This document shows, in pieces, positions 63,395-63,413 of a stretch of DNA of 63,413 bases. Position numbers and translations under genes: made by a program. This DNA comes from Octopus bimaculoides (taxonomy: Eukaryota), in NCBI RefSeq assembly GCF_001194135.2, contig NC_068987.1:108043954-108107366 (forward strand), in the 5' to 3' direction. The notes beneath the pieces are model-generated. The model worked only from the letters and a program-made list of their open reading frames with translations. It searched no databases and was not told where the DNA came from. Positions within the stretch are counted from its first letter, which is position 1; each line of letters starts with the position of its first letter.

Positions 63395-63413
63395 AATATA
63401 TATATAAATATAT

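Overview
AT-rich, microsatellite-dense eukaryotic genomic DNA with seven N-gaps. The SINE repertoire and repeat style point to an octopus genome (inferred from remembered octopus SINE families, not a database search). I can identify no intact protein-coding gene, true tRNA or rRNA gene, or CRISPR array; almost all ORF-track entries are translations of simple repeats or gaps. The window is intronic or intergenic and is dominated by mobile-element debris: about 15 copies of one tRNA-headed SINE family with two or three alternative tails, about 10 copies or fragments of a CORE-type (OR2-like) SINE, an OR1-like SINE, a V-domain-like SINE, 3' fragments of Tx1/L1-like, RTE-like and CR1-like LINEs, a mariner remnant, two remnants of a DD36E-spaced Tc1 family, a Chapaev3/CMC-like transposase remnant, and several Penelope-like terminal-repeat remnants carrying minimal hammerhead motifs. 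The strongest finding is a full-size type I hammerhead ribozyme fold at 40463-40537: complete catalytic core, perfect stem III, an extended bulged stem I, and flanking 8-bp inverted repeats. It looks like a slightly decayed member of an uncharacterised ribozyme-bearing element family. Other leads are a SINE tail shared with the Tx1-like LINE, non-random head-to-tail stacking of SINEs, a pre-miRNA-like hairpin at 50475-50558, RFX X-box-like motifs, and low-confidence exon candidates.
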